Part shown: in pieces, positions 29,624 through 39,426 of the stretch
How the letters are laid out: each line of letters begins with the position of its first letter
Numbering within the stretch: position 1 is the first letter of the stretch
Assembly (NCBI GenBank): GCA_963833225.1
Contig: CAWHXD010000017.1
Span: 96,001-160,000 of the forward strand
Direction of reading: 5' to 3'
From: an uncultured Chloroflexia bacterium
Lineage (GTDB): Bacteria > Chloroflexota > Limnocylindria > Limnocylindrales > CSP1-4
DNA length: 64,000 bases
Program-made: the position numbers and the translations under genes
Notes under the pieces: generated by a model
Seen by the model: the letters and a program-made list of their open reading frames with translations, nothing else
Databases searched by the model: none
Told to the model about the DNA's origin: nothing

Positions 29624-30690
29624 TCAGTACCCGGCGCTGGGATCCACGACGTTGACCAGCGGGCGTCCCTCCGCGAACCGGCGCAGGTTCTCGCAGAACA
29701 GGTCCACGGACCGGTCCAGCACGCGCGTCGAGGACCACGACGTGTGCGGCGTCAGGATCACGTTGGGCAGGTCGTACAACGGCGAGGTCGGCGGCAGCGG
29801 CTCCTCGTGGAAGGTGTCGAGAACCGCGCCCCCGATGCGACCGTCGCGCAGCGCCCGGCCGAGGGCCAGGTCGTCGACCAGCTCGCCGCGGGCGACGTTG
29901 ATGATCCAGGCGCCCGGCCTGAGCTGTGAGATCGCCTCCTCGCCGATCGAGCCCGTGGGTATCCTCCGTGAGCGGCGCCGCGAGGACCACGAAGTCGCTC
30001 TCGGCCAGGAGCTCGGGAAGCTGCTCTGGCGAGAGCACCCGGTCCAGCATGATCGACCCGAGGTACGGCTCGTCGCCCGCGCCCTCGGGCGCCTGCGAGC
30101 CCGACTCCGGGCGGCGCCTGGTGGCGATCGACCCGGCACCCGAACGCGGTCGCGAGCGCGCCCACCGCGCGCCCGATGGAGCCCAGGCCGACGATGCCCA
30201 CGGTCACGTCGCGCAGCTCTCGTGACTCGAGAGGCTGCCACGTCCGCTCGGCCTGCAGCTCCAGCAGCGACGGCAGCCGGCGCGACACGGCCAGGATCAT
30301 CAGCATCACGTACTCGGCGATCGGCCGCGAGAAGACACCACGGGCGTTGGTGATCGTGAGGTCGCGGGCTCGTGATGCCGGCGTGAGGACGCGCTCGACC
30401 CCCGCGGTGGCGGAGTGGACCCAGCGGAGCGACGGGGCGCGGGCGAGGATGCGGTCGAACAGCTCGGCCGGGAAGCGGCCACGGAGCATGACCTCGACAT
30501 CGTCGAGCGGACCATCCGGGTGGCCGTCGAACCCGATCGTCACCAGTCGCGTCCCGGGGGCTGCGGCCTTGATCGCGTCCAGGTCGCGCGTGCGCCAGCG
30601 AGCGGCGAGGATCGGCGTCAGCGCGATCGCCGCCGGCGCGCCGCCGGGACCCGATCCCGGCCCGGGTGTCCGCGAGGCCGCCTCCGTCAC
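29624..30690 (-). CDS. D-2-hydroxyacid dehydrogenase (frameshifted)
   Basis: WVHSATAGVE, TNARGV, GLGSIG, VVLAAPLT, INVARG and LTPH are spread over three frames. Confidence 0.85.
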
Positions 30691-31972
30691 GCAGGTCCTC
30701 CTTCGATGCGGCTGAGGTTCAGCCGGCGCACCCAGCGGTCCGGGTGGTCGATCTCGTCGGGCGTCGGCAGCGTCTCCGGTCCATCCCACAGCCGCCGCAG
30801 CGCCACGGCGCCCGCGAGCCGCTCGATCTCGGCCACGAACACCTCACCCTTACGGTACTGCTCCATCTTGAGGTCCATGCCGGTGATCCGCAGCATTGCC
30901 CGCTCAACGGGCGTCCGCTGCTGTCGCCGACCGTGGAAGCGGGCCGAGATACGCTCCACGCCCGGGACCAGGTCGCGGCCGACCTTGTCCATCACGTGAT
31001 CCCCGAACCCCTCGAGCAGCGCCATCACCGCCTGCGTCTCGCGGAACAGGCGACGCTGCTCGTCGGTCATGAGCCGCTCCAGCCAGTGCCGGTCATCGTT
31101 GCGGCCATCTCCCCGGAGCGCATCGCCCAGCGTCCGGACCGCCTCGCGGCCGAGCGACGCGGCGTCGTCCGAGAACAGGCTGAGCTGGCGCTCGAGGCGC
31201 CCAGCGAGGTACGGCCGCAGCCAGGGGTGGGCCTCGAACTCGAACGCATGGGTGGTCTCGTGCAGCGCGATCCAGGTCCGGAACGGCCCCACCGGCACGT
31301 CGAGCGCCCGAGCCGTGTTGCGGATGTTCTCCTCGACGAACAGCAGCCGGCCCGGCTCCGTCTCCGCGGCGAGCAGCGCCAGGTCGTACTGGCCGAGCAC
31401 CCGCTGGCCCATGAACCCGAGAAGCAGGCCCATCTGGCGGGTGGTCACCCAGCGGTTCGCGAGCGCCATGGACGCCTTGGCGAACCCGCCGCCCTCGGGC
31501 AGCACCTGGTCGAGCAGCGGTCCCTCGATCTTGCCGATCAGCCCGGCGAACGCCGCCGTGTTGGCACGCACCCAGGCGGCCCGATCCACGACCTCGACCC
31601 GGTCCACGACGCCCGGCAGGTCCGTGCCAAGGTGCTCGGCAAGCGCCGGCACGACGCGGGCCATTGCCGCGTGGTAGTCGGGCTCGGTCAAGCGGAGCTC
31701 GGCGTCCGTCAGCGCCCCCGGCGCACGGCGCAGGCGGGCGATGGCGATGTCCTCCACGCGGCGCCAGTCCACCAGCCCCGCCGCCCGGGCGGAACGTTCC
31801 ACGTGACGGCCGGCCACCGTGATCGCCGCCCCCAGGACGGAGCCGACCACGAAGCCCACCTGCCACAGCCGCTCGCCGGAGGTCCGCGGGGTGGATCGCC
31901 CGGGGGATCCATGTCGCCCGCTCGACCCGCCTCGCCCGGCGTTCGCCCGGCGGACCCGTTCCGCCCGGCCAT
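30687..31972 (-). CDS. Zinc-dependent metalloprotease (DUF2342, F420-biosynthesis-associated type; start uncertain)
   Basis: RVLGQYD, LHETTH zincin motif, LEGFGDHVM, KMEQYRKG. Confidence 0.85.
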
Positions 31973-32892
31973 CAGGCGCCCGCCGCCAGCTCCACGGACT
32001 CCACGTCCGGGAAGGCGTCTCCGAACATGCGGGACGCGATCGATCGGAACCGGTCCCTGTCACCGGTGGTCAGCTGCCGGTGCACCGGCGGCGCACCATA
32101 GGTCTCGGCCGGACGCGAGTGACCCGCCGCCCCGGGGTCCGCGGCCGTCCCACGCGTGGTCCCGGGTGCCTCGAGCGCGTTGACCGACAGCAGCTCGGCG
32201 AGGGTCGCCGCAGTGGCGGTCGCCGAATCCACGATCGCGACCCGGTCACCGACGGCGCGGGTCAGGATCGGCCGGAGCAACGGGTAGTGCGTGCAGCCGA
32301 GCAGCAGCGTGTCGATCTTGGCGGACGGCGGCCGTGGGAACACGAACTCCCCCGCCCCGTCGCGCTCGCCGAGCAGCGGGGCCAGCTCCTCCTCGACAAC
32401 CGCCTCGAGCTCGTCACCGGACAGGATCCCCGCTTCCACCATCGGGACGAACCTCGGCGTGGCGTGCTCGTAGACCTCCACCGCGGGGTTCTCGTCCTTG
32501 ATCGCGTTGAAGTAGGCGTGGGATCGGACGGTCGCCGGGGTCGCGATCACGCCCACCCGCCGGTTCCGCGTGGCGAGGGCTGCGGCCGCCGCGCCGGGCC
32601 GGACCACGCCCAGCACCGGCAGGGCGTATCGGGCACGCAGGTCGCGGAGCGCCACCGCCGTTGACGTGTTGCAGGCGACGACCAGCGCCTTGACGTTCCG
32701 CCCGGCGAGCTCGTCGAGCGCCTCGGCAGAGAACCGGCGGACCTCGTCATCGGTGCGAACCCCGTACGGGGCGCGGGCATTGTCGCCGAGGTAGATGGTG
32801 GACTCGTGGGGGGAACGCCGGAGGATCTCCCGCAGGACGGTCAGGCCGCCGACGCCGGAGTCGAAGATCCCGATGGGTCGAGGATCGGACAC
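31972..32892 (-). CDS. murI: Glutamate racemase
   Basis: IGIFDSGVGGLTV, VACNTS, LGCTHYP. Confidence 0.96.
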   Translation of the reverse strand: MSDPRPIGIFDSGVGGLTVLREILRRSPHESTIYLGDNARAPYGVRTDDEVRRFSAEALDELAGRNVKALVVACNTSTAVALRDLRARYALPVLGVVRPGAAAAALATRNRRVGVIATPATVRSHAYFNAIKDENPAVEVYEHATPRFVPMVEAGILSGDELEAVVEEELAPLLGERDGAGEFVFPRPPSAKIDTLLLGCTHYPLLRPILTRAVGDRVAIVDSATATAATLAELLSVNALEAPGTTRGTAADPGAAGHSRPAETYGAPPVHRQLTTGDRDRFRSIASRMFGDAFPDVESVELAAGA

Positions 32893-32901
32893 GCCCGGGC
32901 G

Positions 32902-34041
32902 CTACCGGCGCGCGGCCGCGGGGGCGGCGCGGCCGATCAGCTCGCTCGCGGTCCGGGTCACGTCCTGGCTGATCTGCGCCGTCGGGTCCGCGAGGACGAA
33001 CGGGATTCCCTCGTTGTTGGTGCGGACCACGAGCGCGCCGCCGGAGGTGACGTGGTGCTCCGGGGTCCGGCCGAGGGCGCGGCTCAGCGTCTCCGGATCG
33101 ATGCCGCCGGTGGAATCGGCCCGGTTCACCAGGTACCGCACCTTGGTTGGCGGATACCCGATCATCCGGAAGGCATCCGCCATGACCATCGTCGAGTGGA
33201 TCGCGGTCGAGTCGTAGGTGACGACCTCGAGGATCGTGTCCGACGTGTCCAGGAAGGCGAGGTTGATGTCGTTCACGACCGCGGGCGAGTCCACGATCAC
33301 GACCTCGTAGACCCGGCGGAGCAGGCTGAGCGTCTTCTCGAGATCGCGGACCGTGACCATCTCGGCCATCTCGACCCGCGGCGGCGCGAGCAGGATGTCG
33401 ATGCCCGACGGGTCCCGCCACAGGACGTCGGCGAGATCCGACTCCTGGATGCGGTCCGTCGGCAGGTCAAGCAGCGATGGCGCCTCGATCGGCACCTTGA
33501 GCAGCGCTCGCAGGTCGCCGAACTGGAGGCTGCCGTCGATGAGCACCGTGCGCGCGCCGAGCTGGCCGACGGCCACCGCGAGGTTGAAGGCGAGCGTGGT
33601 CTTGCCGACCCCGCCCTTGGGCGCGAAGACCGTGATCATCCGGGCGAGGTGCGAGCCGTCCGATGTCTGCGAGGCCTGGTGGACCTGCTGCAGGCCGGTG
33701 ACCAGCTCATAGCCCGTGAACGGCATCGCGAGCACGCCGTGGACGCCGATGCTCGGGTCCACCTTGACCGGCTGCTGCGGGACCGTGAGCACGATGACCG
33801 GGATCTGCAGCCCCGTCTGCTGGATCTGGGCGACCAGGTTCAGCCCCTTCACACGGCCCTGGAGGAGCGCGTCCACCATGACCACATCGGGCCGCAGCTC
33901 GTTGATCAGGTTGAGGACCTTCGAGCCGTCGCTCGCGACGTCAAGCAGCTTGATCGCCGACTGCGTGTTGAGCAGCCCGCGCACGTACTGCGCCACCTGG
34001 GGAACGTCCTCGACGACGAGGAGGCGGATCAAGTCCGACAT
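32902..34041 (-). CDS. Atypical receiver + CpaE/TadZ-like ATPase (second paralog)
   Basis: LLVVEDV receiver domain, APKGGVGKTT, DGSLQFGD, LLAPPRVE. Confidence 0.85.
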   Translation of the reverse strand: MSDLIRLLVVEDVPQVAQYVRGLLNTQSAIKLLDVASDGSKVLNLINELRPDVVMVDALLQGRVKGLNLVAQIQQTGLQIPVIVLTVPQQPVKVDPSIGVHGVLAMPFTGYELVTGLQQVHQASQTSDGSHLARMITVFAPKGGVGKTTLAFNLAVAVGQLGARTVLIDGSLQFGDLRALLKVPIEAPSLLDLPTDRIQESDLADVLWRDPSGIDILLAPPRVEMAEMVTVRDLEKTLSLLRRVYEVVIVDSPAVVNDINLAFLDTSDTILEVVTYDSTAIHSTMVMADAFRMIGYPPTKVRYLVNRADSTGGIDPETLSRALGRTPEHHVTSGGALVVRTNNEGIPFVLADPTAQISQDVTRTASELIGRAAPAAARR

Positions 34042-34141
34042 CGGCTCGACTCTACCACGCAGGCCCCGCCCCGCACGCAGGCATCGATGGTCCCCGGGTG
34101 CCCATCCTGGAGGGCCATCCCCGGCGAAGGTCGGCGCCCGG

Positions 34142-34921
34142 TCATGGCCTCCGCGCGACCATCACGACGCGCTCGGCACCCGGGTCCAGGGCGCCGAGAT
34201 CGTAGCCGCCCGCGAGCGTCTCCACGACCAGCCCCGCGGCGTCGGCAAACGCCGCCAGCTCGTCGGGTGACACGAGGCGCAGGCGGTCGACCCGGACCCA
34301 GCGAACCGCGGGTTCACCTGGGGCGCCCTCCTCGAAGATCGTGGTGAGCATCACCGACACGCTCGTGGCGTCGTACAGGGCGCTGCAGGACTTGGTCACG
34401 AGCCGGCCGGACTCCCGGTCGATACGGGCCCACTCGAGGACCAGCCGCCCGTCGTAGCGAGCCAGGTCATCGGCGTCGGGGAGCCAGGCGTCCACCATCG
34501 CGACGCCACCCGGTCGGAGGTGTGCAGCGAGCGTCACGACGGCGGCGGCCTGGTCGGCGCGATTGCCCATCAGGAAGATCGAGTTGAGGGGAATCACCGC
34601 CAGCGAGAACGCACCCGCCTCCGGCAGGCGGGCGGTCCGGGCATCGGCCTCCAGCAGGTGCACGCGGCGGGCCACCTCCCGGCCCGCGGCGTCCGCTCGC
34701 TCCCGGGCACGGGCGAGCATCGCCGGGTCCGTATCGATGCCGGTGACCTCGTGGCCGGCCTCCGCCAGCGGGACGGTGAGCCGGCCGGTGCCGGCGGCAA
34801 GCTCCAGGATGGGGCCGTCGGCGCGCGCTGCGAGCGCCAGCAGCAGGTCGAGATCGCCCGGGTCGTCCTCGAGGTCGAGGTCGTACAGGCGGGCGAGCGC
34901 TGCCGCCGCGGTCTCCGTCAT
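34142..34921 (-). CDS. Class I SAM-dependent methyltransferase
   Basis: ILELAAGTGR, GIDTDPAML. ATGA overlap with the upstream gene. Confidence 0.88.
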   Translation of the reverse strand: MTETAAAALARLYDLDLEDDPGDLDLLLALAARADGPILELAAGTGRLTVPLAEAGHEVTGIDTDPAMLARARERADAAGREVARRVHLLEADARTARLPEAGAFSLAVIPLNSIFLMGNRADQAAAVVTLAAHLRPGGVAMVDAWLPDADDLARYDGRLVLEWARIDRESGRLVTKSCSALYDATSVSVMLTTIFEEGAPGEPAVRWVRVDRLRLVSPDELAAFADAAGLVVETLAGGYDLGALDPGAERVVMVARRP

Positions 34922-35988
34922 GCGGACGGCCGCTCGTGACGGATCGGGTGGCCGCCAAGGCGCTTGGCGGCGAGCGCCGAGATGACCTCGAGGGCGACGC
35001 GGTTGGCCGCCATGGCGGTCACCTCCGCGTGATCGTAGGGCGGGGAGACCTCGACGATGTCCACGCCCGCGATCTCGACCGCTCCGGCCACCCGGCGGAC
35101 CGCCCGCAGCAGCTCGCGCGGCAGGAACCCGCCCGGCTCGGGGGTGCCGGTGCCCGGCGCGGACCCCGGGTCGATGACGTCGATGTCCACCGACAGGTAG
35201 ATCGAATCGGGGCCATCGAGCGCCTCGGCGATCGCGTCGTCGATGACGGCCTCCGCTCCCCGCTCCTCGATCTCGCGCATCAGGTGCCAGCGCAGGCCCT
35301 GCTCGCGCATCCACTCGAACGTCTCGACCGGCGGCCAGTAGCCGCGCAGGCCCACCTGGACGAAGTTGCGGCCCTTGACAGCGCCCGACTCGATCAGCCG
35401 CCGCATCGGCGTCCCGTGGCCCGCCAGGACGCCCCAGTCCTCGTTCGCGGTGTCCGCGTGGGCATCGAAATGGACGATCCCGATGGACCCCGGCCGGCGC
35501 ACCTCCGCGACCGCCGTCGCGGACGGCCACGTGATCGAGTGATCACCGCCCAGGACGATCGGAATGGCGCCGGTGTCGGCGACCTCGTGAACCTTGCGAT
35601 AGATGAAGGCATGGGCACGCTCGATCCAGGCTGGGACGATGTTCGCATCGCCGGCATCGACGACATCGAGGATCTCGAACGGCTCGAGACCCAGCTGCAG
35701 CGAGTGGATCGACCCGCTCGTGTACTGCGCTTCGCGAATGGCCCGCGGCCCGAACCGTGCGCCCGGGCGATGGCTGACGGCATCGTCGAAGGGAGCCCCC
35801 ACGATGGCGATATCGGCGCGGCGGGCGCGCAGCTCAGCCGGATCGGGGACCCACGGCAGCTTCATGAACGTCGGCAGCCCGACATAGGTTGGCAGGTCGT
35901 AGTCCGAGAATGCCTCGTACGGCTGGTTCCAGCCGTTGCGTGAGGCGAAATCGGGCCCGTCGCCCGCTCGATGGGGACGCTCGGCCAC
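34918..35988 (-). CDS. speB: Agmatinase/ureohydrolase family protein
   Basis: GARFGP, GGDHS, DAHAD, SVDIDVIDP, EVSPPYD. Exact substrate is uncertain. Confidence 0.85.
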   Translation of the reverse strand: MAERPHRAGDGPDFASRNGWNQPYEAFSDYDLPTYVGLPTFMKLPWVPDPAELRARRADIAIVGAPFDDAVSHRPGARFGPRAIREAQYTSGSIHSLQLGLEPFEILDVVDAGDANIVPAWIERAHAFIYRKVHEVADTGAIPIVLGGDHSITWPSATAVAEVRRPGSIGIVHFDAHADTANEDWGVLAGHGTPMRRLIESGAVKGRNFVQVGLRGYWPPVETFEWMREQGLRWHLMREIEERGAEAVIDDAIAEALDGPDSIYLSVDIDVIDPGSAPGTGTPEPGGFLPRELLRAVRRVAGAVEIAGVDIVEVSPPYDHAEVTAMAANRVALEVISALAAKRLGGHPIRHERPSA

Positions 35989-36133
35989 GTGTTGTCCTCA
36001 GCGCGAGCGCCGCCGGTTCGGGTCGGCCGTCCAGCGGGGCGCAGGGCGGCATGGTAGCGCGTGCCGGAGCCCGTGGCACCCGACCCCGCGCCTGCCGCGA
36101 CGATCCGGGCGGTCCACCAGCGAGCGCGGGGGC

Positions 36134-37345
36134 TCAGCCCTCCCCGCGAAACTCCCGCCACGCCGCCTCGGCAACCGATGGATCGAGCAGCAGGTCGAGC
36201 GCCGTCTGGGCCACGATCGTCGCCGCGAGGAGCACGGTCCGGTCGGCCAGCGGGCGGGCCGCCGCATCGCGGAACTCGATGGAATGCCCCGGGGTCGGAC
36301 CCTCGGTGATCGACATCTCCGGGTGGATCGCCGGCAGCACCATGGACACGTTGGCCATGTCCGTCGAGCCCGAGGCCGAGTCCTTGCCCAGGTCCCGCAG
36401 CCCATAGGCGGCCGCGTTCGCAAGCCAGCGGGTGGCCAGCGTCCGGTTGTGCTTCATGGTGGAGGCGTAGCCCGAGAACTCGATCTCGACCTCGACGCCA
36501 GCGGCCAGCGCCGCCGCCTTGCACAGCTCCTCGAACCGCGGCTTCATCACGTCGTCGTAGAAGGCCTGCTCGGCCGACCGGATCATGAACCAGGCGCGCG
36601 TCCGGTCGGGGATGATGTTGGCCGCGGTGCCACCCTCGGCGATGATCCCGTGGACCCGACAGTGGGGTGGCAGCTGCTGACGCCACAGCCCGACCGAGAC
36701 GAACAGGGCGATCATCGCGTCCAGCGCGTTCCGGCCGGCCCATGGCTCGGAGGCCGCGTGGGACTGCAGCCCCTTGAACACGACGGTGACGTCCTCCGAC
36801 GCGAGCGGTGCCACCTCGACGTAGTTCGCGTCGGCCGGGTGGAACAGGAGGGCCGCGTCCAGGCCGTCGAACAGCCCGTCGCGGATCATGATCTCCTTGC
36901 CGCTGCCCCGCTCCTCGGCGGGCGTGCCGAGGAACACGACCTCGCCGGCCCAGGCGTCGCGCACCGCCGCGAGGGCCAGTGCCGCCCCCACGCCGCTGGC
37001 GGCCATCGTGTTGTGGCCGCAGCCGTGTCCCAGGCCGGGCAGCGCGTCGTATTCCGCGAGGACGCCGATCCGCGGACCGTCAGCCCCAAGGCCGCCCGTG
37101 ATCCGGGCGCGGACGGCGGTTGCGAGGCTGCCGGCCGGGTACTCGACGACATACCCGTGGCGGCCAACCACTTCGGAGCACCACGCGGCCGCCTGGTGCT
37201 CCTCGAAGGCCGGCTCCGGGTTCGCGTGGATGCGATGGGACAGGTCCAGGATCTCGTCGCGCGCCGCGTCCACGGCAGCTGCGGCACGGCCCTTCACGTC
37301 GGCGAACGGCTCGGCGGGGCGCGCGGCCAGCGGCGACTCGGTCAT
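36134..37345 (-). CDS. M20 family amidohydrolase
   Basis: EYDALPGLGHGCGHN, GTPAEE, GSTDMANVS. Confidence 0.9.
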   Translation of the reverse strand: MTESPLAARPAEPFADVKGRAAAAVDAARDEILDLSHRIHANPEPAFEEHQAAAWCSEVVGRHGYVVEYPAGSLATAVRARITGGLGADGPRIGVLAEYDALPGLGHGCGHNTMAASGVGAALALAAVRDAWAGEVVFLGTPAEERGSGKEIMIRDGLFDGLDAALLFHPADANYVEVAPLASEDVTVVFKGLQSHAASEPWAGRNALDAMIALFVSVGLWRQQLPPHCRVHGIIAEGGTAANIIPDRTRAWFMIRSAEQAFYDDVMKPRFEELCKAAALAAGVEVEIEFSGYASTMKHNRTLATRWLANAAAYGLRDLGKDSASGSTDMANVSMVLPAIHPEMSITEGPTPGHSIEFRDAAARPLADRTVLLAATIVAQTALDLLLDPSVAEAAWREFRGEG

Positions 37346-37354
37346 GGGTGGCTC

Positions 37355-37729
37355 CTAGCGTTCAGCGGACAGCGTGATCTCGGCCACGACGAAGATGGCG
37401 GCCAGGAAGAGCACGATCGGCAATTGGAAGGCGTCGACCATCCGGAGGACGACGAGCACGGCGACGAACAGGCCGACCCAGGCACCGCGGCGGCCGGCTC
37501 GCATCCAGTCCCCCGTGTAGGCGATCCGCCGGTGCCGGGCGAACACGGCAAGCCATGCCAGGGGTGCGGCGACGAGGCCCACGGCGAGGCCGAGCAGCAG
37601 CGCTCCGAGATAGCCGGCCGCCACGTCCTGGTACGGATCGCGGCTCGTCACGAGGATGGCGACGAGGATCCACGCGACGCCGTCCGCCGCGAGCAGCCCG
37701 AGGTTGAAGATCCGGTCCCGTGGCTCCAT
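37355..37729 (-). CDS. Small membrane protein (about 4 TM)
   Basis: Hydrophobic segments and a RAGRRG loop. TAGACT -10 lies 7 nt before the ATG. Confidence 0.75.
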   Translation of the reverse strand: MEPRDRIFNLGLLAADGVAWILVAILVTSRDPYQDVAAGYLGALLLGLAVGLVAAPLAWLAVFARHRRIAYTGDWMRAGRRGAWVGLFVAVLVVLRMVDAFQLPIVLFLAAIFVVAEITLSAER

Positions 37730-37746
37730 CGAGGCGAGTCTACCCG

Positions 37747-38535
37747 TCAGGCGAGGGTCGCCAGCGCCGCCTCCAGGTCATCCAGCGTATCGAGCTCAAG
37801 ATCCGCCGAGACCGTCCCGTCGCGAACCGAGCCGGGCAGCGGCGAATCGTCCGGACGAGCCGCCAGCCACGCGGCGCGCCAGCCGGCCCGCTTGGCCCCC
37901 ACGACGTCGGCCGCCCAGTCGTCCCCCACGTGGAGGATCGCTTCCGGGGCAGGGCCGCCCAGGGCGACTCGGGCCGCGTCGAAGATGGCCGGGTGCGGCT
38001 TGATCGTCCCGACGCGCTGCGAGACGATGATCGTGTGCAGGAACGGGCTCCACCCAGCGGCCTCCGCGTAGCGGTCGATGGTGAGGGCCAGCGGCCAGTT
38101 GGACAGGATCCCCAGGCGGTAGCCGGCGCCGTGGAGCCGCCCGAGGAGCGCTCCCGCGGCCGGCGCCGGCGGCATCGCGGTGACGAACGCCCGCGAGTAG
38201 ACATCGATCGCCCACGCCGCCTCGCCCGTGGTCGAGCGGGCCGCGGCGGCAGCGTCGTCCCAACGCTCGCCCGGTGGCGGGGCAGGCATCCCCCGGAGCC
38301 GCGCGAGGATCCGCACCAGCCGCTGCGAGAGATCCACCTCGTGGAATTGCGGCACCTCCTCGCGGAACTGGCGCTGGCGCTCCTCGCCCCAGACCCGGAG
38401 CACCTCGGCCTCGTCGAACGGCCCGAGCTCGGCGGCCATCTGTCGGGCGGTCTCGGCCACGACACCGCGCAGGCCACCGGCGGAGACCGGGACCAGCGTG
38501 TTGCCAAAGTCGAGGGTGACCGCCGCGATGGTCAT
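37747..38535 (-). CDS. HAD family hydrolase
   Basis: DFGNTL, LSN, KPHPAIF, HVGDDWAADV. Confidence 0.9.
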   Translation of the reverse strand: MTIAAVTLDFGNTLVPVSAGGLRGVVAETARQMAAELGPFDEAEVLRVWGEERQRQFREEVPQFHEVDLSQRLVRILARLRGMPAPPPGERWDDAAAAARSTTGEAAWAIDVYSRAFVTAMPPAPAAGALLGRLHGAGYRLGILSNWPLALTIDRYAEAAGWSPFLHTIIVSQRVGTIKPHPAIFDAARVALGGPAPEAILHVGDDWAADVVGAKRAGWRAAWLAARPDDSPLPGSVRDGTVSADLELDTLDDLEAALATLA

Positions 38536-39421
38536 CGCCGGTCACCCGTCTCGCTCGCCAGGCGATCTCGCGCGATCCCGGCCGCCACCGGGTTGCGGTC
38601 CACCAGCAGCCAGCGGCGCCCGAGGCGGGCTGCGGCAACGCCCGTCGTCCCCGAGCCGCAGTAGGGATCCAGCACGAGGTCGCCGGGCCGGCTCGAGGCG
38701 GCCACGATCCGCTCCAGGAGCCGGACCGGCTTCTGGGTGGGGTAGCCCGTCCGCTCCGGCGAGGCCGGGGGCACGATCGTCATCCACCACACGTCGGTGG
38801 GCAGCTTGCCACGGGCCGCCTTCTCGGGGCCCACCAGCCCCGGGGCGAGGTACGGGATGCGGTCCACGGCCTCACGGTCGAACAGCCAGGCGGGGCCCCT
38901 GGCGTACCACAGGATCGTGTCGTGCTTGCGCGGCCAGCGGTCACGGGCACGGCCACCGTAGTCGTACGCCCAGACGATCTCGTTGAGGAAGCGATCCGGC
39001 CCGAACACCTCGTCGAGCAGCAGGCGGACGTGGTGGACCGTTCGCCAGTCGACGTGGAGATAGAGCGAGCCGTGGGGCGCCAGGACCCGGTGCAGCTCGC
39101 GGACCCGGGCGCCAAGCGCGGCCAGGTGGGCCTCGAGCGGCAGATCGTCGTCCCAGGCGAGATCGCTCACCGCCTCCCAGGCAACGTCCCGGCCCCGGAA
39201 CCCGGACCGGGTACGCTCCCCGATCCCGTCCGGATCGAGACCAGGCGCTGCCGTTGGCCCGTGGCAAACGGCGGGTCCGCGTAGGCCAGGTCCACGGCCC
39301 CGGCCGGCATCGCCTCCAGGACGTCGAGGTTGTCCGCCTCGATGACCGCACCGCGCGCGCTCCCGGACACCACGCCGTCAAGCGACGCGCGCGTCCCATC
39401 GTCGAGCGGCGGCACGGCCAT
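38532..39421 (-). CDS. N6-A/N4-C DNA methyltransferase, beta class (frameshift in a G run near 39220)
   Basis: Catalytic DPPF precedes YPTQKP and the SAM motif DPYCGSGTT. The two ORF pieces join with one added base. Confidence 0.88.
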
Positions 39422-39426
39422 CGCCC

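Noticed and set aside
35989-36090. Possible guanidine riboswitch upstream of the ureohydrolase (GG-ACGG-CC mini hairpin)
   Set aside because: Only one weak ACGR hairpin lies downstream of the TACCAT -10. Guanidine-II needs two, and the class I/III consensus is not matched.
38532-39421. Phase variation or programmed frameshift in the methyltransferase
   Set aside because: The break is in a run of only four G, and similar indels affect many housekeeping genes, so sequencing error is more likely.
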